Shown here: one piece after another, positions 44,201 through 59,881 of the stretch
How positions within the stretch are numbered: position 1 is the stretch's first letter
Layout of the letters: every line of letters starts with the position of its first letter
Assembly: GCF_009914755.1 (NCBI RefSeq)
Contig: NC_060933.1
Direction: 5' to 3' (one strand)
DNA length: 64,000 nucleotides
Source: the human T2T-CHM13v2.0 reference genome, Homo sapiens
Notes under the pieces: model-generated
Databases searched by the model: none
Told to the model about the DNA's origin: nothing
The model's input: the letters and a program-made list of their open reading frames with translations, nothing else
Position numbers and translations under genes: made by a program

Positions 44201-45406
44201 CACTTGGGGCACTTCAGGCTGTACCGTGGACTGGCTACTCACTTTCGGTAATTTTTGACAACATTCCTTAGGTCAAGAACAAAGTAAAGGTGAGTATGGC
44301 ACCTTAGGATGCTCAACACGTTCTTCAGAAAACAGGATTTGACCATCAGATCTGCAGACCTTGGTACTTGGCCTTCAACCTCTTTCAGCTGAGGAGGAGT
44401 TGCAGCTTACATCCCAGTGAGCTGTGGGGATCATAGACAGTCTGCTGCTTGTTTGGAACTCCAGTGGGTTGAATAGAGTTCCTGGATTTCAATATTTTAT
44501 TCCACTGTCTCCCAACATGAAGATTTAAGGCTTGACGCTACTTCTTGCTACCTAAATCTGAGATTTCTGATTTGATGAGCACTACTAGGATAGCACTCAA
44601 GAAATCATAATAACCCTTTCAAAACCCCACTTTCAGGGGCATGGCTCAAGTCAGATACAGCTTCTTTGTCTTTCATTAATTCTCTTCTTCTTGGATTTTT
44701 TTCTCATAGCTAGTGTTTGTCTTTCCTCAGTGACCTTTTAGTCCTGAATATCTCCAACAGGGCTTCCTAACTTTAGCATATAACAGTGTGCAACAGTATG
44801 TAATGAAGGAACCATTTAGAAATTAGACTTAAAAATGGCAAGACATTTTCAACATCTGACCATTGCCAGAAGTCTAAAAAGAAAGTGATACATTTTTTCT
44901 GTCAGCATTTAAAATGATGTTAATAATTACCTTACTGTTGGAGTGTAAATATCATGGGAGGTTTTGCTAAACTAGGAAGTTGCTGGAAGCAAAATACTTG
45001 ATGAGCTGGGGTCAGCTGTAGTAATGTGACCCTCACTTTTCATAAACATTAGGTCTCTATCCTCTCACGTGCCAGTCTAACTAAACCTTTGTATACTGAG
45101 AGGTGTTTATTTGTTGTGGTGAGTAGACCTTTGTCAGACATAGTGCAGTATGCTTGGGAGAAATAAAAGCAACTCTGTTATAGTTCGTCTCACATTGTCT
45201 TTCTGCGAGTTTCATAATCTTACACTAAATTTGGCTGTTGTGGACAAAAGTAAAGTGACAGTACTTGTCATACATCTGGGAGGATGAAATTAGGAAAAAA
45301 TAGTGCTTTTCACAAAGTTTAGATATGGCCTAACAGTTTTGCTGGTGAACTTGGTAGGAAAGGCATGCGCTGATATGGGTCATAAGACTGGATGGACACT
45401 GACCTA

Positions 45407-45731
<325 letters not shown>

Positions 45732-46847
45732 CTGGCCTATTTTTTAGATTATGGGCTAACGTCTTTATTTACGATTGGACCCCAAATCCCATTTTTCCAT
45801 ACCTAACATTTGTTACAGTGAATAGATGTGATGTTCTTGGATCTTCCTAGGGGCTTCGTGTGGGTAGTGTGTTTGGATGTTCCTGTTCTGCAACGTGGCA
45901 GATTAAACCTGTATGTCATTCATAGTCACTGAGGCCGTTTAAATGTGTGGCTGAGATAAATCTGGCTCTGAATCCTCAGGCTTGTCACTTTCTTATGGAG
46001 CTGTAGGTGTAAAAGCGATGGTGACCACAGGCCCTTCTCTCACATGCGGTGGGGGTCTGTGGGGGCCTGAGAATAAATCAGTGGCCAACTCCTCCCAGGC
46101 TATGGAGTGAAAGCCCCAGAACTAGAAAAAGCCCTCAGTCCTGGGCAGATGGAAAGGATGTGGCTGGGAGTGTCCCCGTTTTAAAACTTGTAAGGAATCC
46201 TCTTAGTTCCTGGCAGTCTGGGATGGTTGGCCACCCTACTGCAAATGAAGACCCACATACTTATATCCAAATATTTAAAGATTATAAATCAAATCAGTGA
46301 ATGTGAATTGTGAAATAGAGTAGGTTCCACCTTCCTGCAAGACAAATGTATAGTTATGATGACGTGGAAGGCTGGATTTGAAGTTGAAAATCTCATATTG
46401 TGTTGAAAGGCACATCAGGAAGAGGGACAAGTGAAATCTTCTAAACTAATGGATTACTGAGTACTTTGAAGACTGACTTGCTCTCTTGGGCTTATAGAAT
46501 CTTTCCTTCAGCAGGGGTAGTAAATTCCCATGGTGAGGGGGACTCCATTTGGTCTAGGGCTTTTGTAAAGGGAAAGGACTTCAGAGGACAACTGAGTCCC
46601 CTGCAAGTGACATCAGGAGGGCAGCCACTGGGACTTCTTGCTGCTGCTTTATTCATTGAGTTAGCCCTCAAACTACAGGGCAGCTTTCAAGACTCTTCTC
46701 AGAGTGTTATAACAGCTATAAGCAACCCTGACAAGACATATTCACATATGATAACTCAAAATGAGTTTGAATTGGTGTTTGGGATAATAAAATTCTTCAA
46801 AATATGATTGAAATTTACTGGAACCAATGACTTTGCATACATTGATA

Positions 46848-47081
46848 CAGTGCCATCATATGTGGCTGCACAGGGTGTGCACTGCACAATTTCCCATCAC
46901 ATGTGGCTGCACAGGTGCACAGGGTGTGCACTGCACAATTTCCCATCACATGTGACTGCAGAGGTGCGCAGGGTGTTCATGGCACAATTTCAGGTGATGT
47001 TATTCACATGGACTACAACATTAAAGGCGCCCCCTAGAGTTGTGCGAAGCATGCACTATACAGCAGTATGCAGCATCCCTG
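46848..47081. mobile_element. MER91-like hAT MITE with an internal tandem triplication
   Basis: gtgcactgcacaa ... attcacatggactac ... ggcgccccctagagttgtgc ... ccctg; three copies of a 41-49-bp unit. Confidence 0.6.
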
Positions 47082-48273
47082 GATGGAAGTACACAGCCAT
47101 TCATTTCATTTTTTTTCCCTGCTAAAATAGATATTTTTCTAGTTGAAATGCGTTACAATTCTAATTTGAACACTGGGGCCACTTTTATTTGGTTCTTCAT
47201 TTAGACTAACCTTGATTATTCACTGGGGAATGCATGAACAGAAAATTGGCTCATTTCGCTTTACTTTAATGGCATTTTCCTGCTAAGGGTTCAGAAGTGA
47301 AATGAAAACTGAGTAAGCTTTATGGTTTACAAGTTTTACTGTTTCACATGGCAAGTGAGGACTAAAAGCATAGGAAATAGCTTTGGAAATTCATTTTGCA
47401 ATCACTTAAATGTTAAAACAAAATTTAATTTCATTTCCAAGTAGACTTTCATGTAGAGACCCAGTTAGCTCTGATTGGAGAATAAGTAGCAAATGTTTTT
47501 GTTACCAGTTCTTGTTGATGCTGAGTTAAAAAAAATGTTTTTGGCAAGTCTCATAGGAATACCTTAAAGCAGAATATTTTGATCATCTTGGTGACTGCAG
47601 AGCCATCCTCCAAAATTAAATTGATAACTTTTACATTTCTCTCTGACATACCATTTTTTAATAACTTCTTACACATCAATGATTTCAATAGAGGAAGTAC
47701 ATTTTATTTTTCTTTGTTGTGTTAGGGCTTAAAAAAGGTTTCTTCAGCCCTAGAAACTCCCCTGAAGATAAGGTGGAGAATAAAATTGTGCTTTAGATAG
47801 CATTATGCAGGGTGGTTAATAACAAGCTCCTGAATGCAAATGGCCCTGCTACACAGTTAACAGTAACCCTCAAACCATCAGAGAATAACAAAAGTGGTAC
47901 GAAAATTATTTGTCTCTGGAATAAAAATACCGAAACTGCAATGAAAGTAGCCAATTGTATAAGAGAAACAGTACCAAAAGAAGAAAAATGGTAATAATTC
48001 ATTGATTGCTGAAGTTTTTTCAAAGCAATTTGTGATCTTTTTTTGTGATTTGTTTTCTTTTTTGGAGGGATGAAAGTGGGAGAACCGGGGAGGGGAACGG
48101 AGTTAATGTGGAACAACTCAAGAACTTAAAGTTTTGTTTACCTGTCCTGTGAAAGCAGTCTATTAAATTGCAAAACTTCAGTGTATGTCTAGCTTATTTT
48201 AGTTGACATAGGTTAGTAATTTTTTGACTCCAAAATGCATACTTACAAATCTTTGCTCTGTTTTGCCTTTTAG

Positions 48274-48309
48274 GTGCAAACCCAAATTATCCTGATGTAA
48301 TTTATGAAG
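48274..48309 (+). CDS. NTRK2: NTRK2 36-nt juxtamembrane exon (GANPNYPDVIYE), phase 1-1
   Basis: ttttgccttttag| ... aag|gtagct; supplies the TrkB residues missing between the neighbouring exons. Confidence 0.95.
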
Positions 48310-49049
48310 GTAGCTATCGTGTTTTCTACTTTGTATTTCTTTTTCAAAATGTTTGTGTATCATGAAGTAAATCAACTGAAAGAAGACTCTTCTAAGCTCA
48401 GTTAAATTTACACTTTAAGCATTACATAGGCCAAAATAGTATTTCAAAAAATCATTCAATATTGATGGCCGTTTTCCCTTGACATTTACAGTGCCTGTAA
48501 ATAGCACTTTCTCTCTCATACCCTGTTCTTGGAAGTAGTGAATCCATTCCGCTGGCTGTAACAGACATCGTATTTCCTTAATTGGGAACTAATTACCTGT
48601 TTAAAAGCCATGGCTACCAAGAAAAGGGAGGTATATCAGTTTCTGGCTATGACAGTAAAGCCAATTCAAAATGATGTTTCTTGTGTAATGAAGGTGTTTG
48701 GCTCACAGATGGGAACCTCAAAGGTAGGGCTTGATTTAGGGTTGGTTAAAGCAGCAGCTCCACTATGTCATCTGGGACCCAAGTTCCCTTCACCCTACTC
48801 TCTTTTTCCCACCACGCCAGCTTCACTGAAGGCTGGTCCCCTTGTGGTTACAAGAGAATGTGGCGGGGGAGCTGCTGCCATTCACAAGGATGGGAGAAAG
48901 GGAAGCGCTCCTGAAGGCGTCCTCAAGGAAAGAGAACTTCCCAAGAGACAAGAGCCAAGCCCTCTTTGTATCCAAGTCAAGACCCAATTGGGTCATAGTC
49001 CATTCTTGCCCTTATTACTGCTAAGAGGGATGGATTATCCCTTCAGTAA

Positions 49050-49746
<697 letters not shown>

Positions 49747-51346
49747 TAAAATGAGCCTGTCTGTATGTTTATTATATGCGTGTGTATTTAACCTGAGCTA
49801 ATTTTAAGTTGGGGAATAATATTGTCTTTACCTGCTTGTGCATGTTAAGCCATATTTCTTCCAAGCTGTGGTTTGGTTGATTTTTTGCATATGATTTGTG
49901 TGTTGTTGTGTTTGTATTTGTCTTGATATGGTTTAAAGGAAGAATCTCTCAAATTGTTTCACAGAGAAATACGTTTGAATTGTGGTTTTACATCTTAAAA
50001 TTACATTTTTGACCCTTTCCCAGTTAATTCAAGACTTTAAAAATGTCATCTTCCTGTTAGCCTCAGATCCTACTTTGGATCTTTTGGCCAAAATGTCATG
50101 ATACTAAACTATAGACACTTGAACGATTTAAATTTTGCAGACGTAGTTGGCTATAACATGAAGAGGGAAAACTAAACAAATAAATGATATCCATTAGTGT
50201 TTAAAATTAATAAGTTTTAAGATATTCAAAAGGAAAATGATGAGAATGTGGTTTTGGCATTAAGAATGAAACAGCAAACACATAGAAAATAGATTTTTTT
50301 CTGTTATTTTTTATTCACAAAGGAACACATTGCTAATAAAAATACAATTTAAATTGGTTGCCCTGAGGCCAGCATGATGATTCTACCTGGAGAAGTTTAG
50401 CTGGGGCTGCATTAACAAGGTAGCCTCTTCAGGATGGAAATTGAAGGCAGTGTACCTATTTAGAATTAAAATACAAACATTATAAACCTCATTGTTTGCA
50501 ATAAGTTTACCAAGAGTTTTCTGAGACCTTTTATATGCAATATTGCTAATAAAAACTTTGACAACCCCTGAAAAAAAATCAGTCATTATTTCTATCCTGA
50601 CCCATGTAGACTAAAATTGATCCAGAAGGCAGCAACTGCATTTGCGACTTGGTGAAATGAGAACAGAGCGTTAACAATTCTAAGTATTGTGTGGATCTAC
50701 CTTTTAATCATTCTGAAACTGAAATATTGGCAATTCAGAACTCTTCAAAAAAGTTTACGTGTGGACCCAAGTTTCATACTGATGCTTGTTCCACATATCC
50801 TCTTACGTCTCTGCCCTTTGTGCAAATAAGTTGCACCTGTCCTGGAAATCAGTGTTGCTCATTTCAAATCTGGCGTCACGTGTGAGCGCTACCATCTTCT
50901 TGCCTTCACCTGGTCATGTAACTTTCCTCCACTGATATTCTTCAGCTGTAAAACTGGTAGTTATGCTCTGTCTCTGAAGACCTTTCCGGGTCTATAAATC
51001 TATGACACGTAGATGATCGATTCCCTGTCGTACTTGTTTTAAATATGCCATCCATAAAGGGGTATATGCTTATGTGCAAAGAAAAATCCCTGAACCAGGT
51101 TTGGGGCTGACCAACAAGACAATGATGTAAAGGTCTGGGTTGAATAAAATGTGGGCGTTGTGCAGTCTCAGCGCTGCAGTGCATTGAACTCAGCAGCCTG
51201 GTCACGTCCCTCCACAGCCAGACTGTCGGGGGTTTGGAATCTTTGTGATTTGTCTTGCTTCATTCTGGCTCTTACTGTGGCCCTGTGTTTGTTGGCAGCT
51301 TAATGACAACTTCATGTTCTTCCTCATTCCCCCTTTGCCCACTTAA

Positions 51347-51481
<135 letters not shown>

Positions 51482-52329
51482 TGAGCATTTTGGATGCCTC
51501 CATGTTAGAGGAATGTAGCTGCTTCAATAAGACACTTTTATTGTTCAGATATAAATAGGGTGTTAAAGGTTGGAAGAATTAATAAAAGGCTTAACAAAAG
51601 TGATAAAAGTGTTATATGGCCTTTGACTTATTTGCTGCTTTTGTGCACCACTTTTGGTTGTTAGTGGTTCCTATTTCAATTATCTGTGCTTTAGAAGGGT
51701 ATCACCAGAAGAGCAAGAAACCAGCTTTATCATTCAGGGACTACACCTTCATACCTGTCTCCTTAAATTTTTAATATAATTTTGACTGCTCGCTAGATGT
51801 AGGGAATCCAGTAGCTTCTGAAAGGGACTGGCGGTGGAGGGGATATAATCATATGAACAAAATTAAGATTAGTTGTTTAGAATTCATCAGAGACCCTGGA
51901 GGTGAATATTAGCACCTCAAATACAAATAGAAGCAGAGCAAGGCAGTACAAGAGATAGAAGTGGAGGAGCAGATGTTTTGTTCCTTGTAGCTGGGACACT
52001 CTGAGGAGCCTTTGTGGGGCAAGTGACTTTTTGCATGGCCTGTGCAGAAGGGTTGGGATTTTGACATACAGGAATGGAAGAGAAGGGCATTTGGGGCATG
52101 TGAACAGGAGCTTGTAGGTGGAGAAACATCGTGAAGGTGCTTGATTGGAGGGTAAGGCATGTGCAGGACAGCAGGGTTGGAGATAAAGATTGTGGCCAGG
52201 TTGTAGGTCTTGACACAGAGTCTCAGGTGTGTAGATTTATGGCACAGTGAAGAGCCATTGAAGAGGGAAGTCACATGATCCCAGGGGTCTATGGTCAGTT
52301 GCTCTGGTCCGAACCCAACAACTTCCTCC

Positions 52330-53370
52330 AGTTGTTTCTTTTCCTCACTGTCATATGCACACAGAGCTTCCTGTGAGCTCTGCCTCCTTATAAATTCCAA
52401 ATCTGTCCATATCTCCTTACCTCCACTGCCACTGTCACAGGCTAACCCAGGGGTTGGCAAACTATGACCCATGGGCCAAGTCCAGCTCACCACCTGTTTT
52501 TGTATGGTTTTCAGGCTAAGAATGGTTTCTACCTTCTAAGTGGTTTAAAACAACAAAAAAGAATGATATTTCATAACACACGAAAGTTTTGTGAAATTAA
52601 AATTTTATTGTCCATGAACAGAGTGTTACTGGAACACAGTCACTTGTGTTCATTTACGTACTGTCTGTGGCTGCTCTTGTGCTCCGATGGGGGTGGAGTA
52701 GTTGCAGCAGAGACCATATGGCCTGCAAAGTGGAAAATACTTACTTCTGGCCCTTTACAAGGAAAGTTTGCCTCAGTTGTTCTTTCCTGCATGACCACGC
52801 AGCCTCCTAACCCATCTCCCTCTCCCAGCCTTGTGTTTCCTGGTCTTTTCCCACACAGCAGCCAGAGTGATCTTTGTAAAGTGCAGATCAGATCATTTTT
52901 TTTGTTGTTATAATTCTCAGAGTCCTCTCACTGCAATTGCAATAAAACTTTTCATATGAAAGCCACACTCTTCATGGTGGCTTATGAGCCCTGGGTGACC
53001 TCGTCCTTCCCGAGCTCTCTGACTTCATCTCCCACGCTCTTCTTACTGCTTGCCACCTGCCTTTTTCATGCTCTCTCCAGTGCTCCAGTCCTGCTCTTTG
53101 TACTTGTGGCTCCCCATCCCAGGCATTTGCTTCCTGATGGCCATGATGTGGCTTCAGCTAGGTGGCCAGCATGCAGCCATTGCCCACTTCCATTTTCTTC
53201 TGAGCAGTTATCATTGTCTGGAATGACCCCATTTATTTGTTTGTTTAATGTATTTTTCTCTTCTCTAGATTCTTTAGTAAGACTCTTAGTAGGGGCAACG
53301 TGGTCAGTGTTTTTCACAGCTGTCTTCTTAAGCCTTCAGAATACTGGCTGACACCTAGTAGGCACCTAGT
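52330..53370. mobile_element. L2 fragment interrupted by MER58
   Basis: cacacagcagccagagtgatcttt and acacctagtaggcacc L2 motifs. Confidence 0.55.
52449..52772 (+). mobile_element. MER58 (B-like) hAT-Charlie MITE
   Basis: caggggttggcaaact ... ggccctttacaaggaaagtttgcc. Confidence 0.8.
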
Positions 53371-53560
53371 ACATTTTGCAGACTGGCTAGACTTGCAGTG
53401 AACAGTATAGGGCAGAGGAATTGGAAAGGGGTGATCCATTAGGGGTTTGGTGGAGCAATAAAGACATGTGATATATACTTGAACCAAGGCCACAAGAGTG
53501 GAAATGGGAGGTGCGTAAACAGATGCAGTGCAACTGCAACTTTATGCATATCTAGTATAG

Positions 53561-54181
<621 letters not shown>

Positions 54182-55320
54182 TTAGGCACCTGATTGGCAT
54201 ATCTCCATCTATAGTATAGTTGCTGGAAGGCAAGATCAGTGAGTTTGTATATTATGACTTTGCGGAAGGCTCCTAAAATCTGTATGAGAGGTGCAATATT
54301 GTGTTTTGTAGAATTTGTGTGGTTCAGATATTTTATATATAAAGAGTTCTTGATCACAGGAGGGATCATTAGATTAGAAGAGTTTGAGAGCCAAGAAGCA
54401 GATACAAAAGTTAAAAATGTTTCTGGTCCAACAAGTGCTCTTCCAGCATTTTGTTGGATTTGCAGGGGAGGGCAGATCTCCCTTGTTCTATCCTAAGAAA
54501 TATCCTCAGATGAAAACTAACCCATCAAGCAGCCAACCAACCAATCAAACAACTGACCAAACAAACTCACCCATGCTCATCTCCCGTGTAAAAACCACCT
54601 CAACACATGCAAGGTACACAAAATTCTGTATTTCTCAATCTGATTTTGAGGAAGTTATTCTTTTCATTGTCAAAGGCATCCTTGTTTACGAAAGGATTTA
54701 AATTTAGAATGGCTTCAGTAGCTTTAAGTATTTGTTTACAGATCCTTAGCTGCTTTTCAGCAGTAGAGCCCACTTCCCATTTTCTAGGTTGACTTACACA
54801 TTCTATAACTAGGCAGAGAAGCCAGGGCAGGCATTACTGTCTAATGAAGAAGCAGAAGCTTGGATAAGTGAAGCATCTGTTCTAGCTGTCATGACTGGTA
54901 AAAGCAAGGTGTCCTGTGAACGCAGGGATCTAGGACTCCTAAATCCCAGTTAAGGACTGTCCAAAGCAGGGAAGAGACTGTACTGTGGTACTGCTGCATG
55001 GTTGGGGGACTTTCAGGCCAAGTCATCTAACCTCCCCCATCGCAGTTTTCTTATTTATCAAATGGAGTTTGACTTTGTTTATTTAGGTATTCTCCATCTA
55101 TCTGTAGAAGTCTGCAATTTAATAATAAAGAAACTTATAGCTAAAATACTATGATCTCTTTCCCATGAAAACATTAGTTAGAAATAAAGATTTTTAAAAA
55201 ACACCCAAAGTCATGAGGTCAGCTTGAGTGAAATGGTTACGTTTATCCATAATTAGCTTTGTAGGAGTTGCTACCATTCTGTTTGTATATAGGCTGCAGA
55301 GACGGAGTTAGATCTGTATT

Positions 55321-55610
<290 letters not shown>

Positions 55611-56452
55611 GTCTATACTCAAACATTTGCAGAAGCGTTTTTGGGGAGATATACTCACAGTTAAAGTACCAGAGAAGAGAATGATCATTACTTTTGCTCC
55701 ACACTGGCCAAGAGCTTTGTATGTCTTCTTTTTGTGCTCTGTGATTTATTTAATGCTCTTCTCATCTGACATGAAAGATGGTGTCCTGGGAGAATTAGCC
55801 ATATGTTTTTATTTTCCTGCCTTCATTCTCAACCACATGCTTTGCAGAGACAGTGTAGTGGATAAATCACAGGATTTATACTTGGGCAGACTTGGTTCCA
55901 TTTCCAAGCTCAGAAGGTGTGACTGTGAGCAGCTTACTTAATTTTTTTGTAAATCTTAGTTTTTTCATCATCATCATCACAGCTAACATTAATTTATTAT
56001 ATATTGTAGTAGATACTGTTCCAAACCCATTACCTGCATTAACTCATTGAGGATTTACAATAACCTACAAAGTAGAATAATTATATTCTCCATCTTACAC
56101 ATGAAGATTATGAGATGCAGAGAGGTTAAGTAATTCTGAAGTCATGCAGCAGAGTGAGAAATCTAGATTTTATACTCAGGAAAAACCCATGGTCTTAATC
56201 TCTACCCTATAATGCTTCTCACTATGAGATGGGTATATCAGTCAGAATAAGCTATGCTGCAGTAACAAAACCTCCACATCTTGGGGACTTAAAACAACAA
56301 AGTTTTCTTTCTTGCTTCATTTCGTGTATTGGCTAGGAGCTCTGTTCAGCCTTGTCCTTGTTCCAGGACTGTGGATGACAAAGCATCCACATTTTTAAAG
56401 GTTAGCCTTTTTCTTTATGACAGAGATAAAGAGCACTGTGGAGCAGGTGGAG

Positions 56453-56656
56453 CAGGGTTCCTCAACCTTGGCACTATTGGCGTTTGGGGATAAATAATCC
56501 TTTGTTTGGGGGGCTGTCTTGGGCACAGTAGGATGTTAATAATGCCTGGCCTCTACCCACTAGGTGCTAGTAGTGCTTTCCCCCTCGTTGTGACAACCCC
56601 AAATTGTCAAGTGTCCCCTGGATGGCAATATTATTGTCCCTGGTTGAGAAACACTG
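56453..56656 (+). mobile_element. MER20 MITE nested in an MLT1-type LTR remnant (about 56235-56825)
   Basis: cagggttcctcaaccttggcactattg ... ccctggttgagaaacactg terminal inverted repeats. Confidence 0.8.
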
Positions 56657-56904
56657 CCTTAGACTAAGATCTTGGACAAGAAGTGAAGTTCTACACCCTG
56701 GCAGTGACACAAGTCTGAACTAGTCACATGAACCACTTAACCACAAGCAAGCCAGGAAATGTATCCTACAAAGAGAAACACAGAGAAAACCAGAAATATT
56801 AGACAAACAGCATTAATGATTACTATGGATAGGGATAATAATATCCATCTTAAAAATTGTTGTGCAGATTCTTAAGCCAGAATGGCTCTCTAAGAAATCT
56901 CAGA

Positions 56905-57118
56905 GCAGGCATTGGCGACTATGTTCAAGTCCAGCTGCTGCCATTGTAAATAAAGTTTTATTGGAACACAGTTATGCCCATTTGTTTACATATCATCATT
57001 GGCTGCTTTCATGCTCCACCGGCAGAGCTGGATCCTTAGTTGCGACAGAGACTGCAAGGCTGGCAAAGCCTGAAGTATTTACCATCTGACCTTTACAGCA
57101 AAAGTTTGCCAACTCCTG
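56905..57118 (+). mobile_element. MER58A-like MITE
   Basis: tgtaaataaagttttattggaacacag ... aaagtttgccaactcctg. Confidence 0.8.
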
Positions 57119-57667
57119 GTTTAGAGAAGCCAACTGTTTTTGGAAGCAGGACTTTGGGCTGAGTAAGACTGGAAGGAGACACATAGTGCCGCTGACAACT
57201 TTGCTCTAAAATGTTAAGATGCACTTAGAGGAGCATCATGCCTTGGTCAGCAGCAATGGTAGCAGAGTGATCGCATTTCTATGTGTACCTCTGTCATCTC
57301 TACCTCTGGGATGGGAGAGGATTCACATATATCTACATCTACCCTCTTGACTTGTGTAATCCACACCTGGCAATTACATTTTTAAACTTACTTAAACATT
57401 TTTAGGCTTATATCATATATATGGGAAAATGCACATATCATAAATTTACAACCCAATGGGCTTTGACAAGTGGAACTCACCCCAGAAGTGCCCTCCTGCT
57501 CCCTTCCAGTGCCACTCACTGTTCCCAGGGTACCCTGACTTCTAAGAGCAACAATAGCTAACCTTAAAAATAGCCTTTTATTATGGACAATTTTCAAACA
57601 TGCACTTCAGTAGAGAGAATAGTAAAATGAACCCCATTGTATTCTTCACCAGCTTCAAGAATTATCG

Positions 57668-57973
57668 GGCTGGATGCGGTGGCTCATGCCTATATTCCCA
57701 GAACTTTGGGAGGTGTAGGTGGAAGAATTCCTTGAGCCCGGGATTTCAACACCAGCCTGGGCAATATGGCAAAACCCTGTCTCTGCAAAAAAACTTAAAA
57801 ATGAGCCAGGTATAGTGGTGTTTACCTGTAGTCCTAGCTACTCAGGAGGCTGAGGTGGGAAGATACCTTGAGCCCAGGAGGTCGAAGCTGCAGTGAGCCA
57901 TGATTGTGCTATTGCACTTTAGCCTGAGCAACAAAGTGAGACTCCGTCACACACACACACACACACAGAAAAA
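57668..57973 (+). mobile_element. AluJ-like with a (CA)n tail
   Basis: Alu body with gaggtcgaagctgcagtgagc; tail replaced by a CA repeat. Confidence 0.92.
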
Positions 57974-58355
57974 TCACCAGTATTTTGCTGTTCATATTTC
58001 ATATTCTCTCTCTCCCTTTCTCTGCCCACCTCTCTTTCTCTCTCTCCTCCCTCTTTAGATGGATGGAGAGAGAGCTGTAATATTTTTAAAATGCCAATTG
58101 GATAGCCATTTTTATAAGCTTTAACTTATGTTTTCTCATTTGTAAAGTAGGCATAATAATAGATCTTACATACTTCACTATAGGGTTGTCGCAGATTAAG
58201 TGAGTTGGTGTACATAAGGCTGTTATAAGAACAAGTGGTAAGCATTCAATAAATATGAACTGCCTGTATCATTATCATCGTCATGATCATCATCACCATA
58301 TGATTATAGGGAACTAATTAGCAAGGTTATAACCACCCTCCCTTCCTTTCTCTAG

Positions 58356-58526
<171 letters not shown>

Positions 58527-59682
58527 TAAAGAAGGAAGTGGCTAGATTTATGATGATTAGGTTTTAAGGCTAAAAAAATAGCAACAAGGCTTTGATACTA
58601 CAAATCAAGACGGAGCAAAATAATGTTGATTACTCAGCACTACCCACTTTTCCATGAGAACAGTTGTCCCGGGAGACAGAACTGGGTTCTTGAGTATCAA
58701 GGGACTAATAAAGATATGACAAAGAAATAGTACTTGATGTTTCTTTTGCTCCAGAAAGGCAGGTGAGACACAGTGGGGATAGGATAACCTGGACACATGT
58801 ATTTTGTGCAGAAAGGTCTATGCTGCTGTACATTTGATTCCCAAATCTTCAGTGGTATGCTTTTGGTGTTGTTCCTGCTTTTCCAGATCCTCATTCTTTG
58901 AAATTTAAACAACAGTGTTATGAAGCAAAATAAGAACAGCTATCAGCAGTATATAGAAGCTTCGTGAATACATAGCTTTTTTTTTATTTAAGTGGAAAAA
59001 TTAGCAGGGCTAGATTAAAAATTAGGCACTAATTGACCCAAAATAGATAACTTGTCTTTTTTTAGAGGATGGAAAATTAATTTTACAGGGAAAACTTGTA
59101 TAAATTTCTTGTTACATAAAAAATGCCTTGGAGCAGTGATTTAATGATTTAAAACCATTTGCTCTGAAGTTTAAACTTATGTATTGGATAATATGCCAGT
59201 GTTGTATTTTGTGTGGTCTCCTATAGATAGACACTATTTAAAAGTGTCTAAATGGGAATGCTGTGAAGAAGGTTTAGTGGTGTCTTAGTTGTGCTGGAGA
59301 GTAGGTCAGGTGGATTTTCTTTATCTGTATGGTCTGTTAGAATTATGGGTAATGTTGCTAATATTGCTATTTACTTGAAAGGGAATGTTTCAGTAGCAAT
59401 AAGTTGCCCAGCATACACTGACATCTGGGATAGAGCAGATCTATTTCTGATGTTTCCTCTTTTCCCTTTGTTGGTGCCTGTGAACATTTCTAAGCCAGAA
59501 ATGAACAGGGAGGAGTGGTGGTAAATTGGGGCTTAAAATAACTCAAAAAACCTCGTCCTGGTTCCTGCTTGGCCAGCTGATCCTTGATGTTTCTTCAGGG
59601 GAGGAAAGATCTTTCATTCTCCAATTATAAATAAAGCTTGGGAGAGGGACCACCCCACAGTGATTTTAATTCATCCTGTGGG

Positions 59683-59881
59683 GTGGTTCTCAAACTTGAC
59701 TGTGTGCCAAAAACTCCTATAGGACTTGAGAAAACACAGATTCCTGGGCTACCCCTAGAGTTTCTGCTTTAGCAGGCCTAGTGTTCACCTGACAGCTGGC
59801 ATTTCTAACAGTTTCTGGAGAATACTGATCCTGCTTGCCCTGGTTGTTGTGTTCTCTACACAACAGTGTAGGGAATCACTG
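59683..59881. mobile_element. MER5A-like MITE
   Basis: gtggttctcaaactt ... cagattcctggg ... gcatttctaaca. Confidence 0.65.

Noticed and set aside
48310-48365. Hydrophobic read-through tail after the 36-nt exon (GSYRVFYFVFLFQNVCVS*)
   Set aside because: The hydrophobicity follows from T-rich intron composition, and I saw no nearby canonical poly(A) signal.
51909-53351. Longest ORFs in the track (194, 149 and 131 aa)
   Set aside because: They overlap L2 and MER58 remnants and show no recognisable domain or splice context.
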